NCBI GenBank assembly: GCA_964413595.1
Contig: CAYPSR010000002.1
Coordinates: 1-42,456, forward strand
Direction of reading: 5' to 3'
Length of the DNA stretch: 42,456 nucleotides
From: an uncultured Candidatus Saccharibacteria bacterium
Lineage (GTDB): Bacteria; Patescibacteriota; UBA1384; DATEAH01; CAYPSR01
Shown here: in pieces, positions 9,496-18,164 of the stretch
Numbering within the stretch: position 1 is the stretch's first letter
Layout: the number at the start of each line of letters is the position of its first letter
Translations under genes and position numbers: made by a program
The notes under the pieces: model-generated
The model's database searches: none
What the model was told of the DNA's origin: nothing
What the model saw: the letters and a program-made list of their open reading frames with translations, nothing else

Positions 9496-9618
9496 ATGGC
9501 AAAAACAAAAGCAGGCAAAAAAATTGTTGAAGTACATTCTCACAAGAGAAAATGTTCAACATGTAAAACAAAAAAATCAACTAAAGTTCGCGAGTACAGA
9601 AGATCAACCCCAAATTAG
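9496..9618 (+). CDS. 40-aa highly basic protein
   Basis: MAKTKAGKKIVEVHSHKRKCSTCKTKKSTKVREYRRSTPN. Strong Shine-Dalgarno (TAAGGAGataat-ATG). Not in the ORF track because it is too short. Confidence 0.5.
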   Translation: MAKTKAGKKIVEVHSHKRKCSTCKTKKSTKVREYRRSTPN

Positions 9619-9672
9619 GCATGGTTATAAGTTTTGATAAGAAATTAAAAAACGAAATTTAAACAAATAAAA

Positions 9673-9861
9673 ATGGAAAAAAAAGAAAGAAAAATTGCAA
9701 CAGTTTTAGGGCTATCAATATTGTTCGCAGTATTGATATTTGCTGTTTATTTTGTCATGAAAGGTTTTAAGGCCTATGCTGACACTCTTATCGATTATGA
9801 AAGTTCGGTTATTTCTGAATCAAACGCTGACACTTCAACTTGTGCAACATGTAATCAATAA
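9673..9861 (+). CDS. Small single-pass membrane protein
   Basis: Hydrophobic segment ATVLGLSILFAVLIFAVYFV. Followed by a terminator. Confidence 0.5.
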   Translation: MEKKERKIATVLGLSILFAVLIFAVYFVMKGFKAYADTLIDYESSVISESNADTSTCATCNQ

Positions 9862-9884
9862 GAATTGACAAAATAAAATTTTTC

Positions 9885-9911
9885 AAAGCTTAGTACTTGC
9901 TAAGCTTTTTT
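9885..9911 (+). terminator. Intrinsic terminator
   Basis: AAAGCTTAG-tacttg-CTAAGCTTT followed by a T-run. Confidence 0.75.
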
Positions 9912-9966
9912 ATTTTATTGAAAAAATTAACAAAGGTATTATGTTAAATCATTTAATCTAACTGGT

Positions 9967-9993
9967 GGCACTTTCTCACGAAAGTGCCTAAGG
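9967..9993 (+). repeat. Hairpin + CCTAAGG element, copy 4 (loop inverted)
   Basis: GGCACTTTC-TCAC-GAAAGTGCCTAAGG. Same arms as the other copies; the loop is the reverse complement of GTGA. Confidence 0.65.
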
Positions 9994-10125
9994 CGACCTT
10001 TGATTTCTATTGAATTTAAAGCTAAAAGATGGTAAAATAATGCATATAAAAAAATTTTAAGCTAAGGTAGCTTTTAAGATACGATCGGATGTTAATTGCT
10101 ACCTTGATAAATAATTATATTTGCT

Positions 10126-10599
10126 ATGTCTGAGGAATTACCAATTAAAGAACAAAAAGTTGATATTAGGAATTTGACAAATATTTTGTATTTGAATAAT
10201 GAGCAAAGGCAATTATTGTCTGATCAACTCGTTGTCAACCAAGGTAGCGCAAGGGTTATAATGCATCTTTTTAATAATTCTTATTCAGACGAGGACTATC
10301 AAGATAAAACCATTCCTGTTTTAGAAAAATCAATTAGAATGCATACCCCAATAATTTTTGGAATTCGTGAATTTGAAGACATTGATTTGGCAGACTTTTT
10401 TAATGAGCATTTTGGATATTTGCCAGAAAATATTTATTATTATCGAACAATTTCTGATGATTCTATGCCTTATTTTCATGGATGTACAAATTCTATGCTG
10501 AATTGTGAGATAGAATATCAATATGCAATGGCATGGAGGGTTTTTGCTGATATTTTAAAAAGTTTAGGAGTAAAGAAATTGGTTTTTTCAGGTATCTAA
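10126..10599 (+). CDS. ORFan pair A, part 1
   Basis: 157 aa. A single in-frame TAA (10597-10599) separates it from part 2 in the same frame. Paralogous to 10905-11429. Confidence 0.55.
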   Translation: MSEELPIKEQKVDIRNLTNILYLNNEQRQLLSDQLVVNQGSARVIMHLFNNSYSDEDYQDKTIPVLEKSIRMHTPIIFGIREFEDIDLADFFNEHFGYLPENIYYYRTISDDSMPYFHGCTNSMLNCEIEYQYAMAWRVFADILKSLGVKKLVFSGI

Positions 10600-10644
10600 A
10601 ATGTTTTTAAAAAAGAAAACATTGAATTCTTAAGAAAAATTGCG

Positions 10645-10905
10645 TTGTCTAGTAATCCAAAATTTAGTAACATACGACAAGAAATAGCGACATCACCCAC
10701 CTATTTGGGTGTAGAATCTTTTTGGGAAGATCGAATGAGAAGAGGAGCAAAAAAATGTGAATATAATCCGACTTTTTGTGTTGGTCGTGCATATAGAATA
10801 ATGTCAAAATATTTTAATTGTTACGTATCACATTTTGCTTATCCTGATGGCAGGAAAAAACAAATGATGTTAGAAGGTACTTTGCCTAGAAAAAAGGTAA
10901 AATAA
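10645..10905 (+). CDS. ORFan pair A, part 2 (TTG start or continuation of part 1)
   Basis: Same frame as 10126-10599. No ATG and no Shine-Dalgarno. Its stop overlaps the next ATG (TAATG). Confidence 0.4.
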   Translation: MSSNPKFSNIRQEIATSPTYLGVESFWEDRMRRGAKKCEYNPTFCVGRAYRIMSKYFNCYVSHFAYPDGRKKQMMLEGTLPRKKVK

Positions 10906-11429
10906 TGTCTGAATTTGGAGCAGAACAACATGATCCAACAAATCTTGAACAAGAACCTCAAACCGGTCAGGTTTTGGAATTGTTTTGGTTGCGAAGAAAT
11001 CAAGAAAAAACCTTGATCGATGAAATACAACAATCAGGCTATATAGTCAGAGCTTGGACTCATCCATTTTATGCCGAAGGATCTAGATTATTTACTAATA
11101 AAGAAAATGAGGCATATTTAGAATATTTAAAAAGAATAGGTGCAATCTATAAAAACCCAATTAAAAATCCAACTTTTGTTTTTGAGGCTAAATCAAAAAT
11201 TGCTGAAACTAAAAAAAGATTAGCAAGAGACTATCCGAATCAGAAGTTTTATATTATTTCAACATTTGAAGAAGATGGTTGGACTAATGAATTTCATGGA
11301 CGCTCTATGCTTATTGATTCTGATGATTTAACCGAGAGTGAGAAAGCAGAAATCAGACAAAAAATGACAGACAAGCTTGATGATTTAGGGGTAGGGGTAT
11401 TATATTTCAAGGTGTATATGTGGCGTTGA
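10905..11429 (+). CDS. ORFan pair B, part 1
   Basis: 174 aa. FYIISTFEEDGWTNEFHG and LDDLGVGVLYFK align to part A1. Confidence 0.55.
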   Translation: MSEFGAEQHDPTNLEQEPQTGQVLELFWLRRNQEKTLIDEIQQSGYIVRAWTHPFYAEGSRLFTNKENEAYLEYLKRIGAIYKNPIKNPTFVFEAKSKIAETKKRLARDYPNQKFYIISTFEEDGWTNEFHGRSMLIDSDDLTESEKAEIRQKMTDKLDDLGVGVLYFKVYMWR

Positions 11430-11719
11430 TTGATAATAATGATGGCAACAGCCAGCACAGTTATGCTCTTATGCGATTTGAAACTGATTTTAAGGGAAAA
11501 TTTATGGATCCGGGTTGTGAATTGGGTATGTACGGATGTGTTTTTGAAACAATGAGACATTTTTTAGGAAACTTTGATCTTAGCCTTTCAAACGCAACAT
11601 TTCCAAATACTAGAATGGATTTTAATCATTATTTTTCAGATATGCCATACAGGGGTTATAGTATTGATGAATATGAATATAGATTGATGAATGCAAGCGC
11701 TAATTATGATAAGAAATAA
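11420..11719 (+). CDS. ORFan pair B, part 2 (GTG start, -1 frame relative to part 1)
   Basis: Overlaps part 1 by 10 nt. AAGGTG lies 5 nt upstream of the GTG. YGCVFETMRHFLGNF aligns to FCVGRAYRIMSKYF of A2. Confidence 0.45.
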   Translation: MALIDNNDGNSQHSYALMRFETDFKGKFMDPGCELGMYGCVFETMRHFLGNFDLSLSNATFPNTRMDFNHYFSDMPYRGYSIDEYEYRLMNASANYDKK

Positions 11720-11752
11720 TTATGCCCAAAATACCAAAATTCGTAATTTATC

Positions 11753-11781
11753 TTGACAAACAAGTTAAAATAGAATAAAAT
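11753..11781 (+). promoter_or_regulatory. Candidate promoter for rplC and the downstream operon
   Basis: tcTTGACA-N17-TAAAAT. Confidence 0.5.
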
Positions 11782-11944
11782 TAGAGCATAAATGAATATA
11801 TTTATGTCTGGAAAATGCTTTGCAAGGCAGAGTAATTCTAGGCAATTGTTTTTTTATAATACAAATTAGTACAAACAATACAAATATATATTTTGAAAAA
11901 ACATAAATCATTTGTAAATTTGTATAAAATATTTGTACATTATT

Positions 11945-12568
11945 ATGGCTAAAATGTTAATAGGCAAAAAATTAGGAATGACATCGGTATTTATTGATGA
12001 AAAAGCAGTCCCGGCAACAGTGATAAGCCTTGGGCCATGTTTTGTTTCACAAATTAAAACTGAAAAAAAAGATGGTTATAATGCAATTCAGCTTGCATAT
12101 GGTAAGTCAAAATCTGTTAATAAACCTCAGAAACAGCACCTTAAAAAAGCAAAGTTAGCCGAAGACCTAAAGTCTCAATACGAATTTAGAACTGGTGATA
12201 CATCAAAATTTGAGCCAGGAATGGAAATTAAATGTGATATTTTTGAAACTGGCTTAAGTGTTGATGCAACATCAATTTCAAAAGGAAAAGGTTTTCAGGG
12301 AACAGTTAAAAGGCATAATTTTAACACTGGGCCAAAAACTCATGGGTCAAAGAATTATCGTAAACCAGGTTCGATTGGTGCGACTGGTCCACAAAGAGTT
12401 TTAAGGGGCAAAAAAATGGCTGGACATATGGGAAATCAAAAAGCAACAATTAAAAATCTTAAAATTTTAGAAATAGATATTGAAAAAAATGTCATGATAT
12501 TAAAAGGTGCAATACCTGGAATAAATGGAAGCACTATGGTAATTAAAGATTCAATACCAAAAAATTAA
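11945..12568 (+). CDS. rplC: 50S ribosomal protein L3
   Basis: MAKMLIGKKLGMT..., FQGTVKRHNF. ATG at 11945 is preferred over the track's TTG at 11933. Confidence 0.95.
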   Translation: MAKMLIGKKLGMTSVFIDEKAVPATVISLGPCFVSQIKTEKKDGYNAIQLAYGKSKSVNKPQKQHLKKAKLAEDLKSQYEFRTGDTSKFEPGMEIKCDIFETGLSVDATSISKGKGFQGTVKRHNFNTGPKTHGSKNYRKPGSIGATGPQRVLRGKKMAGHMGNQKATIKNLKILEIDIEKNVMILKGAIPGINGSTMVIKDSIPKN

Positions 12569-12573
12569 ATAAA

Positions 12574-13272
12574 ATGCCTACAAAGACAAAAATAATAAAA
12601 AAAGTAACAAAAAAAGAAATCCAATCAAAATTGACTATAATTGATATTGAAAAAAATGCTAAAAGGCAAATTACACTTCCTGATTTTTTAAAAACAAAGT
12701 TTAACCCAGATCTTTTTGCTAAAATAATAAGAAGTTTAAGATTAAATGCTATTAATACATCTGCTCAGACCAAGCAACGATCACAAGTACGTGGTGGTGG
12801 CGCAAAACCATTTCGTCAAAAAGGAACAGGGCATGCAAGAGCAGGGTCAAATAGAAGTCCTTTGTGGCGTGGTGGTGGAATTATTTTCGGACCAAAAAAT
12901 AAGAAAGCTTTTCATTTAAAAACAAATAAAAAAGAAAAACAGCTTGCATTATCTATGACGCTAGCAGATAAGTTTAATAATAAATTGTTGTTAGTTGTAA
13001 AAAACATTTCTGTAAAAAATCCAAAAACAAAACAGTTTATAGATTTATTGATTAAGATTTCAAAATATGATGCTGAAATTTTAAACAAAAAGATTTTGTT
13101 TATTACAAGTAAGATAGATAAAAATACCTATCTTTCAGTAAGAAACATCCAAAACATCAATTATTCAAATCACAATAAAGTCAATTTATTAGATTTAGCA
13201 TCAAAAAATACTATTATTTTAGACGAAGAAACCTTAAATTTTTATGCCGAAACTTTAAAGGTTAAAAAATAG
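12574..13272 (+). CDS. rplD: 50S ribosomal protein L4
   Basis: RGGGAKPFRQKGTGHARAGSNRSPLWRGGG; synteny. Confidence 0.95.
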   Translation: MPTKTKIIKKVTKKEIQSKLTIIDIEKNAKRQITLPDFLKTKFNPDLFAKIIRSLRLNAINTSAQTKQRSQVRGGGAKPFRQKGTGHARAGSNRSPLWRGGGIIFGPKNKKAFHLKTNKKEKQLALSMTLADKFNNKLLLVVKNISVKNPKTKQFIDLLIKISKYDAEILNKKILFITSKIDKNTYLSVRNIQNINYSNHNKVNLLDLASKNTIILDEETLNFYAETLKVKK

Positions 13273-13273
13273 A

Positions 13274-13570
13274 ATGAATATATATCAAGTTATAAAAAAA
13301 CCGATTATTTCTGAAAAATCATATACACTAGCTCAAGTTGGTAAATATTCATATGTGGTTGATAAGCATGCAAACAAATATCAGATTATTAATGCTTTTA
13401 AAAAAACATATGGTGTTGATGTAGTTGGTATTAATATATTAAATTATAAAGGTAAACACAAAACCACGAGAACCAAAAAAGGAACTTTTAAATCAGTAAA
13501 ACCAAATATTAAAAAAGTTATTATAAGTATTAAAAAAGACCAAAAAATTAAAGATTTTGAGGTCAAATAA
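13274..13570 (+). CDS. rplW: 50S ribosomal protein L23
   Basis: Synteny, size, N-terminal IKKPIISEKS. Confidence 0.9.
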   Translation: MNIYQVIKKPIISEKSYTLAQVGKYSYVVDKHANKYQIINAFKKTYGVDVVGINILNYKGKHKTTRTKKGTFKSVKPNIKKVIISIKKDQKIKDFEVK

Positions 13571-13572
13571 AC

Positions 13573-14415
13573 ATGAAAAACTTAAAAGCTTTAAAACCAA
13601 CAACTCCAGGACGAAGAGGAATGACTCGGGCTGATTTTAAATCTATAACAACTAAAAAACCAGAGAAATCTTTGGTTAAAGGTATAAAAAGACATGTCGG
13701 AAGATCAAATGGAAAAGTTTCCGTAAGACACAAAGGAGCAGGACATAAAAAAAGTTATCGACTTGTTGATTTTAAAATGATTAAGTCTGGCGTTCCTGCC
13801 AAGGTTGCTCAGATTGAATATGATCCATATAGAAGTGCTAGAATTGCTTTATTGTATTTTAAAGATGGTGAAAAAAAATATGTAATTGCTCCAAGGCATT
13901 TGCATGTTGGAGATGAAATAGCATTTGATCAGAAAAAAATTGAAAAAGGAAACAGATTAATGTTAAAAGATATTCCAGAAAATACAGCAATTTATAATAT
14001 TGAAATTAATCCTGAAAGAGGTGGGCAAATGGTACGATCTGCTGGAACACATGCTACAATTTTAGGAAAAGAAGGAAAATATGCTGTTATTCAACTTCCG
14101 TCAAAGGAAATTAAAAAGTTTTTATTAACATGCCACGCCAATATTGGCAGAGTGTCAAATAGTCATCATAATGAAATAGTTATTGGAAAAGCTGGCAGAA
14201 AACGCAGAATGGGAATTCGCCCAACTGTTCGTGGTGTTGCCATGCATCCCGATGCACATCCTCATGGAGGTGGTGAAGGAAGAAGCGGAATCGGTTTTGC
14301 TGGTCCAAAAACACCTTGGGGAAAACCTGCGCTTGGTGTAAAAACAAGAAAGAAAAAACAATCTGATAGATTAATTGTAAAAAGAAGGCCAGCTAAAAAG
14401 AGAAAGGGAAAGTAG
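13573..14415 (+). CDS. rplB: 50S ribosomal protein L2
   Basis: MHPDAHPHGGGEGR; synteny. Confidence 0.97.
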   Translation: MKNLKALKPTTPGRRGMTRADFKSITTKKPEKSLVKGIKRHVGRSNGKVSVRHKGAGHKKSYRLVDFKMIKSGVPAKVAQIEYDPYRSARIALLYFKDGEKKYVIAPRHLHVGDEIAFDQKKIEKGNRLMLKDIPENTAIYNIEINPERGGQMVRSAGTHATILGKEGKYAVIQLPSKEIKKFLLTCHANIGRVSNSHHNEIVIGKAGRKRRMGIRPTVRGVAMHPDAHPHGGGEGRSGIGFAGPKTPWGKPALGVKTRKKKQSDRLIVKRRPAKKRKGK

Positions 14416-14486
14416 GATTTTAAATCAATGTTATATTGTCAATCGTTAAACTATAAATTAAAACTTAAAATTTAAAATTAATAATT
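14416..14486 (+). repeat. AT-rich intergenic repeat, family C (short copy)
   Basis: ...ataaattaaaacttaaaatttaaaattaataattATG. Shares its 3' block with 15168-15263 and 18930-19052. Confidence 0.55.
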
Positions 14487-14810
14487 ATGTCTAGATCATT
14501 AAAAAAAGGTCCATATATTGACCAAAAATTATTGAAAAAAATTAAAAATGCTGACAAAGAAAGTAAAACAGCCATTAAAACATGGGCAAGACATTCTGTT
14601 ATTAGCCCTGAGATGATTGGTTATACTTTGGGGGTTCATAATGGTAAAATACACGTGCCAGTATTAATAGTAGAAGAAATGGTGGGTCATAGGCTTGGAG
14701 AATTTTCCAAAACAAGAAAATTTGTCAGACATGGCGGAAGAATAGCAAAGGAAGAAGAATCATCTCAAGGTGCAAAACCCGGACCATTATCTGAAGATAA
14801 AAAAGAATAA
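14487..14810 (+). CDS. rpsS: 30S ribosomal protein S19 (C-terminal extension)
   Basis: [28 protein letters not shown]. Confidence 0.95.
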   Translation: MSRSLKKGPYIDQKLLKKIKNADKESKTAIKTWARHSVISPEMIGYTLGVHNGKIHVPVLIVEEMVGHRLGEFSKTRKFVRHGGRIAKEEESSQGAKPGPLSEDKKE

Positions 14811-14828
14811 TATAAAATAATAATCGTT

Positions 14829-15167
14829 ATGGAATTTAATGCTATTTCAAAACACAGGAGAATATCACCCTTGAAAGCAAGGTTAGTTTTACCTTTAATT
14901 AAAGGTAAAAAGGCACAAGATGCTATTGATATTTTGAGATATGCGAATCAAAAAGCAGCAAAAATGATTTACAAAACTCTTCAATCTGCAATCGCTAATG
15001 CAAAGCAAAAAAATGTTGAAATCGATAATCTGATTGTTAAAATTGTTAAAATTGATGTTGGCCCGGTTTACAAAAGAGGTTTAATGGGATCACGAGGGCA
15101 AATGAAACCAATAAAAAAACCAACTAGTCATATTACGATTATTTTGTCAGATGATAAATCAAAATAA
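14829..15167 (+). CDS. rplV: 50S ribosomal protein L22
   Basis: ISPLKARLVLPLIKGKKAQDAIDIL; synteny. Confidence 0.93.
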   Translation: MEFNAISKHRRISPLKARLVLPLIKGKKAQDAIDILRYANQKAAKMIYKTLQSAIANAKQKNVEIDNLIVKIVKIDVGPVYKRGLMGSRGQMKPIKKPTSHITIILSDDKSK

Positions 15168-15263
15168 TTTTAAATAACAAATTCCAAATTTTAATTCAAT
15201 ATTAAATTATAAATTAAAACATTTATTTAAAACTAAAAATTTAAAAATTAAAATTAAATTACC
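15168..15263 (+). repeat. AT-rich intergenic repeat, family C
   Basis: About 90 nt alignable to 18930-19052 (aaattttaattcaatatYaaattataa...aaaactWaaaatttaaaaattaaaatta..ttaccATGG). Confidence 0.7.
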
Positions 15264-15884
15264 ATGGGACAAAAAGCAAATCCAAAATCAGTTAGAATAG
15301 CCGTAACAAGGAAATGGCCATCCAAATGGTTTTCTGATAAAGAATATGGCAAGTTTTTAGAGGCTGACCTTATAATAGAAGACACTGTTAAAAATCAATA
15401 TCCTAAAGGAACGATTGCCGAGGTTAGAATTGAAAGAAATAGAAATCAAACTTTGATTAAAATATATGCAGCAAGACCAGGTGTTGTTATTGGTAGAAGC
15501 GGTAAGGGAACCGAAGACTTAGTAGAGCTTATTAATTCAAAAATAGAAGGGTTAAAAGCAAAAGTAGAAGTATTTGAGGCTAAGAATGCAAATTCAATAG
15601 CATATGTGATTGCTGAAACAGTTGCCTTCCAAATTGAAAAAAGACTGAATTATCGGAAATCTGTAAAAATGGCTATTGAAAAAGCCAAAGAAGCTGGTGT
15701 TGCCGGAGTTAAAATTAGAGTTTCAGGAAGATTAAATAATGTTGATATTGCAAGAAGCGAATTATATTCATGGGGGTCAGTACCAACCCAAACTTTAAAA
15801 GCTGATGTTGATATGGCCGATGTTGAAGCTAAAACTGCTACGGCTGGCACAATAGGAGTTAAAGTTTATACTTATCATAAGTAA
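15264..15884 (+). CDS. rpsC: 30S ribosomal protein S3
   Basis: MGQKANPKSVRI...; synteny. Confidence 0.96.
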   Translation: MGQKANPKSVRIAVTRKWPSKWFSDKEYGKFLEADLIIEDTVKNQYPKGTIAEVRIERNRNQTLIKIYAARPGVVIGRSGKGTEDLVELINSKIEGLKAKVEVFEAKNANSIAYVIAETVAFQIEKRLNYRKSVKMAIEKAKEAGVAGVKIRVSGRLNNVDIARSELYSWGSVPTQTLKADVDMADVEAKTATAGTIGVKVYTYHK

Positions 15885-16013
15885 ATTAAAAACCAAAGAT
15901 TAAAAATATAAATAATAAATTATATAAAAACAAAATCAAAAATGTCGCAAACGAGCGACTAAAATAAATAGAATTTGTAAAATTATTAAATAATTAGTAA
16001 ATTAGTTGGTCCA

Positions 16014-16424
16014 ATGCTTACACCAAGAAAACAAAAATTTAGAAAAATGCAAAGAAGAGGAAAACCAGGAAGAATTACAAGCAATTCTCATGTTTTGAAT
16101 TTCGGAAAATTTGGTTTAAAATCATTGGAAAGTGCATTAATTACAGCCCGCCAAATTGAGTCTGCCAGAAGAACAATGACAAGATATATTAAGCGTGGTG
16201 GACAGATTTGGATAAGAATCTTTCCAGATAAACCAATGACTGCTAATCCTGCCGAAATGGGAATGGGTGGTGGAAAAGGTTCGGTTGATCATTATGTTGC
16301 TAAAATAAAAGCCGGAAGAATACTTTTTGAAATGGACGGAGTAGAAAAAGAAATTGCCCTTGAAGCGCTAAGATTAGCATCTTACAAGCTTCCTGTTAAA
16401 ACCAAAATAATTACAAGAGATTAA
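16014..16424 (+). CDS. rplP: 50S ribosomal protein L16
   Basis: [24 protein letters not shown]. Confidence 0.96.
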   Translation: MLTPRKQKFRKMQRRGKPGRITSNSHVLNFGKFGLKSLESALITARQIESARRTMTRYIKRGGQIWIRIFPDKPMTANPAEMGMGGGKGSVDHYVAKIKAGRILFEMDGVEKEIALEALRLASYKLPVKTKIITRD

Positions 16425-16650
16425 ATTACATCACCCAATACATTAATTTCAAAGAAAATACATTATCCCATCTATTCCTACAAATATACGAATAAATAAG
16501 AATATTACTAATAATACAATAAAACATAAAATTAAAATAAAACAAAAGATTAGTAAAATCCGTAACAATTAGTAAATTGGTAGACCAATATAGTCAACGA
16601 AAAGATATTATCACGAATTACTAAAATTAGGTTAATAAATAATAAAAAAT
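16425..16650. repeat. AT-rich intergenic repeat, family A (imperfect long hairpin)
   Basis: Shares acatcaccc..aaagaaaatac..atctattCCTACaAATATACGAATAAATA.gAATATTAC with 17670-17857. Its distal arm aattagtaaattggtag is roughly complementary to the proximal arm. Confidence 0.65.
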
Positions 16651-16968
16651 ATGAAGAAAATTGATGAGTTAAAAGAATTAAAAAAATTGGATGAAGCGGG
16701 ATTGATTAAAGAATTAAATTCTAGCCAAGAGAAGTTATTTGAGAACAAAAAAAAGTTAAGTCTTGATAAATTAAAAAATACTTCTGAGATTGGTAAGATA
16801 AAAAAAAGAATTGCAAGAATACAGACTATTTTACAAGAGAAATTAACCGAAAGTATAGTCAATGAAACTGCTAAAAAACTGTTAGCTGAAAAAACAAATA
16901 AACAAAAATCAATTAAAAAAGCTCCTACTCTTGATAAAACTCCAGCGAGCAAGACTGAGGATAAATAA
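16651..16968 (+). CDS. rpmC: 50S ribosomal protein L29 (long C-terminal tail)
   Basis: ELKELKKLDEAGLIKEL...KIKKRIARIQTIL; synteny. Confidence 0.9.
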   Translation: MKKIDELKELKKLDEAGLIKELNSSQEKLFENKKKLSLDKLKNTSEIGKIKKRIARIQTILQEKLTESIVNETAKKLLAEKTNKQKSIKKAPTLDKTPASKTEDK

Positions 16969-16969
16969 A

Positions 16970-17254
16970 ATGCATAAAAAAATCTTAAAAGGAATTATTT
17001 CAAGCGATAAAATGGACAAATGTGTTGTTGTTTCAGTTTTAGAAGTTAAAAAATTAAAAAAATATCATAAATCATATACTTTCAACAAAAAATATATTGT
17101 TAAAGATGAAAAAAATACTGCCAAAAAAGGAGATTCTGTAACAATAGTTGAAACAAAACCTTTTTCAAAAAAAGGAAAATGGCTTTTGGTAGATAATAAA
17201 TTAGAGACCAAAAATAAGAAAGATAAATTAAATATTAAAAAAAATAAAAAATAA
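16970..17254 (+). CDS. rpsQ: 30S ribosomal protein S17
   Basis: ATG at 16970 (the track starts at TTG 16931). KILKGIISSDKMDKCVVVSV...GDSVTIVETKPFSK. Confidence 0.93.
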   Translation: MHKKILKGIISSDKMDKCVVVSVLEVKKLKKYHKSYTFNKKYIVKDEKNTAKKGDSVTIVETKPFSKKGKWLLVDNKLETKNKKDKLNIKKNKK

Positions 17255-17303
17255 AAAACTTCATAAACTTAATATTCTTATTTAACTTAATTTAATATAA
17301 AAA

Positions 17304-17669
17304 ATGATTCAACCAAGAACAAGATTAAAAGTAGCAGACAATACAGGTGCAAAAGACGTAGAATGCATCAAGGTTTTAGGTGGCTCACGAAGACGCTATG
17401 CTGGTATTGGAGATATAATAGTTATTTCTGTCAAGGTTGCTATCCCTCACGGTAATGTCAAGAAAAAAGCCGTTGAAAGAGCCGTAGTTGTTCGTACAAA
17501 AAATAATTTTAGAAGAGCTGATGGTTCGTATATTAAGTTTGATGAAAATGCTGTTGTTATAATTGATGGTTCAGAACCAAAAGGCACAAGAATTTTTGGA
17601 CCAATTCCAAGAGAACTGCGCGAAAAAGGATTTACAAAAATTGTATCATTAGCTAAGGAAATTTTATAA
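17304..17669 (+). CDS. rplN: 50S ribosomal protein L14
   Basis: [17 protein letters not shown]. Confidence 0.97.
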   Translation: MIQPRTRLKVADNTGAKDVECIKVLGGSRRRYAGIGDIIVISVKVAIPHGNVKKKAVERAVVVRTKNNFRRADGSYIKFDENAVVIIDGSEPKGTRIFGPIPRELREKGFTKIVSLAKEIL

Positions 17670-17857
17670 CCATCATCCGATAAATCATTCCAAAGAAAAT
17701 ACTATAATTTCATCTATCCCTACTAATATACGAATAAATACTAATATTACGGATAATGAAATAAAACAAAAAATGAAATAAAAAACAATACAAATATATA
17801 ATAAATTAATAAAACAAATTGGTACATTTGTAAAAACATTTGTACATTAGTAGGTAT
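17670..17857. repeat. AT-rich intergenic repeats, family A followed by family B leader
   Basis: The 5' half matches 16425-16520. The 3' half (17781-17857) matches the rplC leader (11871-11944). Confidence 0.7.
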
Positions 17858-18163
17858 ATGAAAATCAAAAAAAATGACAAAGTAAAGATTTTAGCAGGAA
17901 AAGATAAGGGAAAAACCTCTACTATAGTTAAAGTATTTCCTAAAAGAGGAAAAGTTTTGGTAGAAGGAATTAATATTGCTAAAAAACACGTAAGGCCAAC
18001 GAAAAAAATGCCTCAAGGTGGCACAATTGATCTTCCTGTTCCAGTTGATATTTCAAACGTATCACTGATTTGTCCAAAATGTGAAAAAAGCACAAAAGTT
18101 GGTTATATGATATCAGCAAAGAAAAAAAACAGAATTTGTAAAAAATGTAAACAGGTAATATAA
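17858..18163 (+). CDS. rplX: 50S ribosomal protein L24
   Basis: MKIKKNDKVKILAGKDKGK. ATG at 17858 is preferred over TTG at 17840. Confidence 0.95.
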   Translation: MKIKKNDKVKILAGKDKGKTSTIVKVFPKRGKVLVEGINIAKKHVRPTKKMPQGGTIDLPVPVDISNVSLICPKCEKSTKVGYMISAKKKNRICKKCKQVI

Positions 18164-18164
18164 A

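Noticed and set aside
11405-11415. Programmed -1 ribosomal frameshift joining 10905-11429 and 11420-11719
   Set aside because: There is no X-XXY-YYZ slippery heptamer in the overlap (tatttcaaggtg) and no obvious downstream pseudoknot. A GTG start with AAGGTG upstream, or a simple indel, explains it more simply. It is kept only as an open question in the findings.
16632-16952. Antisense or alternate-frame ORFs inside conserved genes (16632-16952, 18242-18607, 20066-20344, 22379-22726, 28831-29178, 33220-33585, 36475-36807, 26804-27019 and similar)
   Set aside because: Each lies fully within a confidently identified gene on the other strand or frame. Such open frames are typical in AT-rich, Lys-codon-rich sequence.
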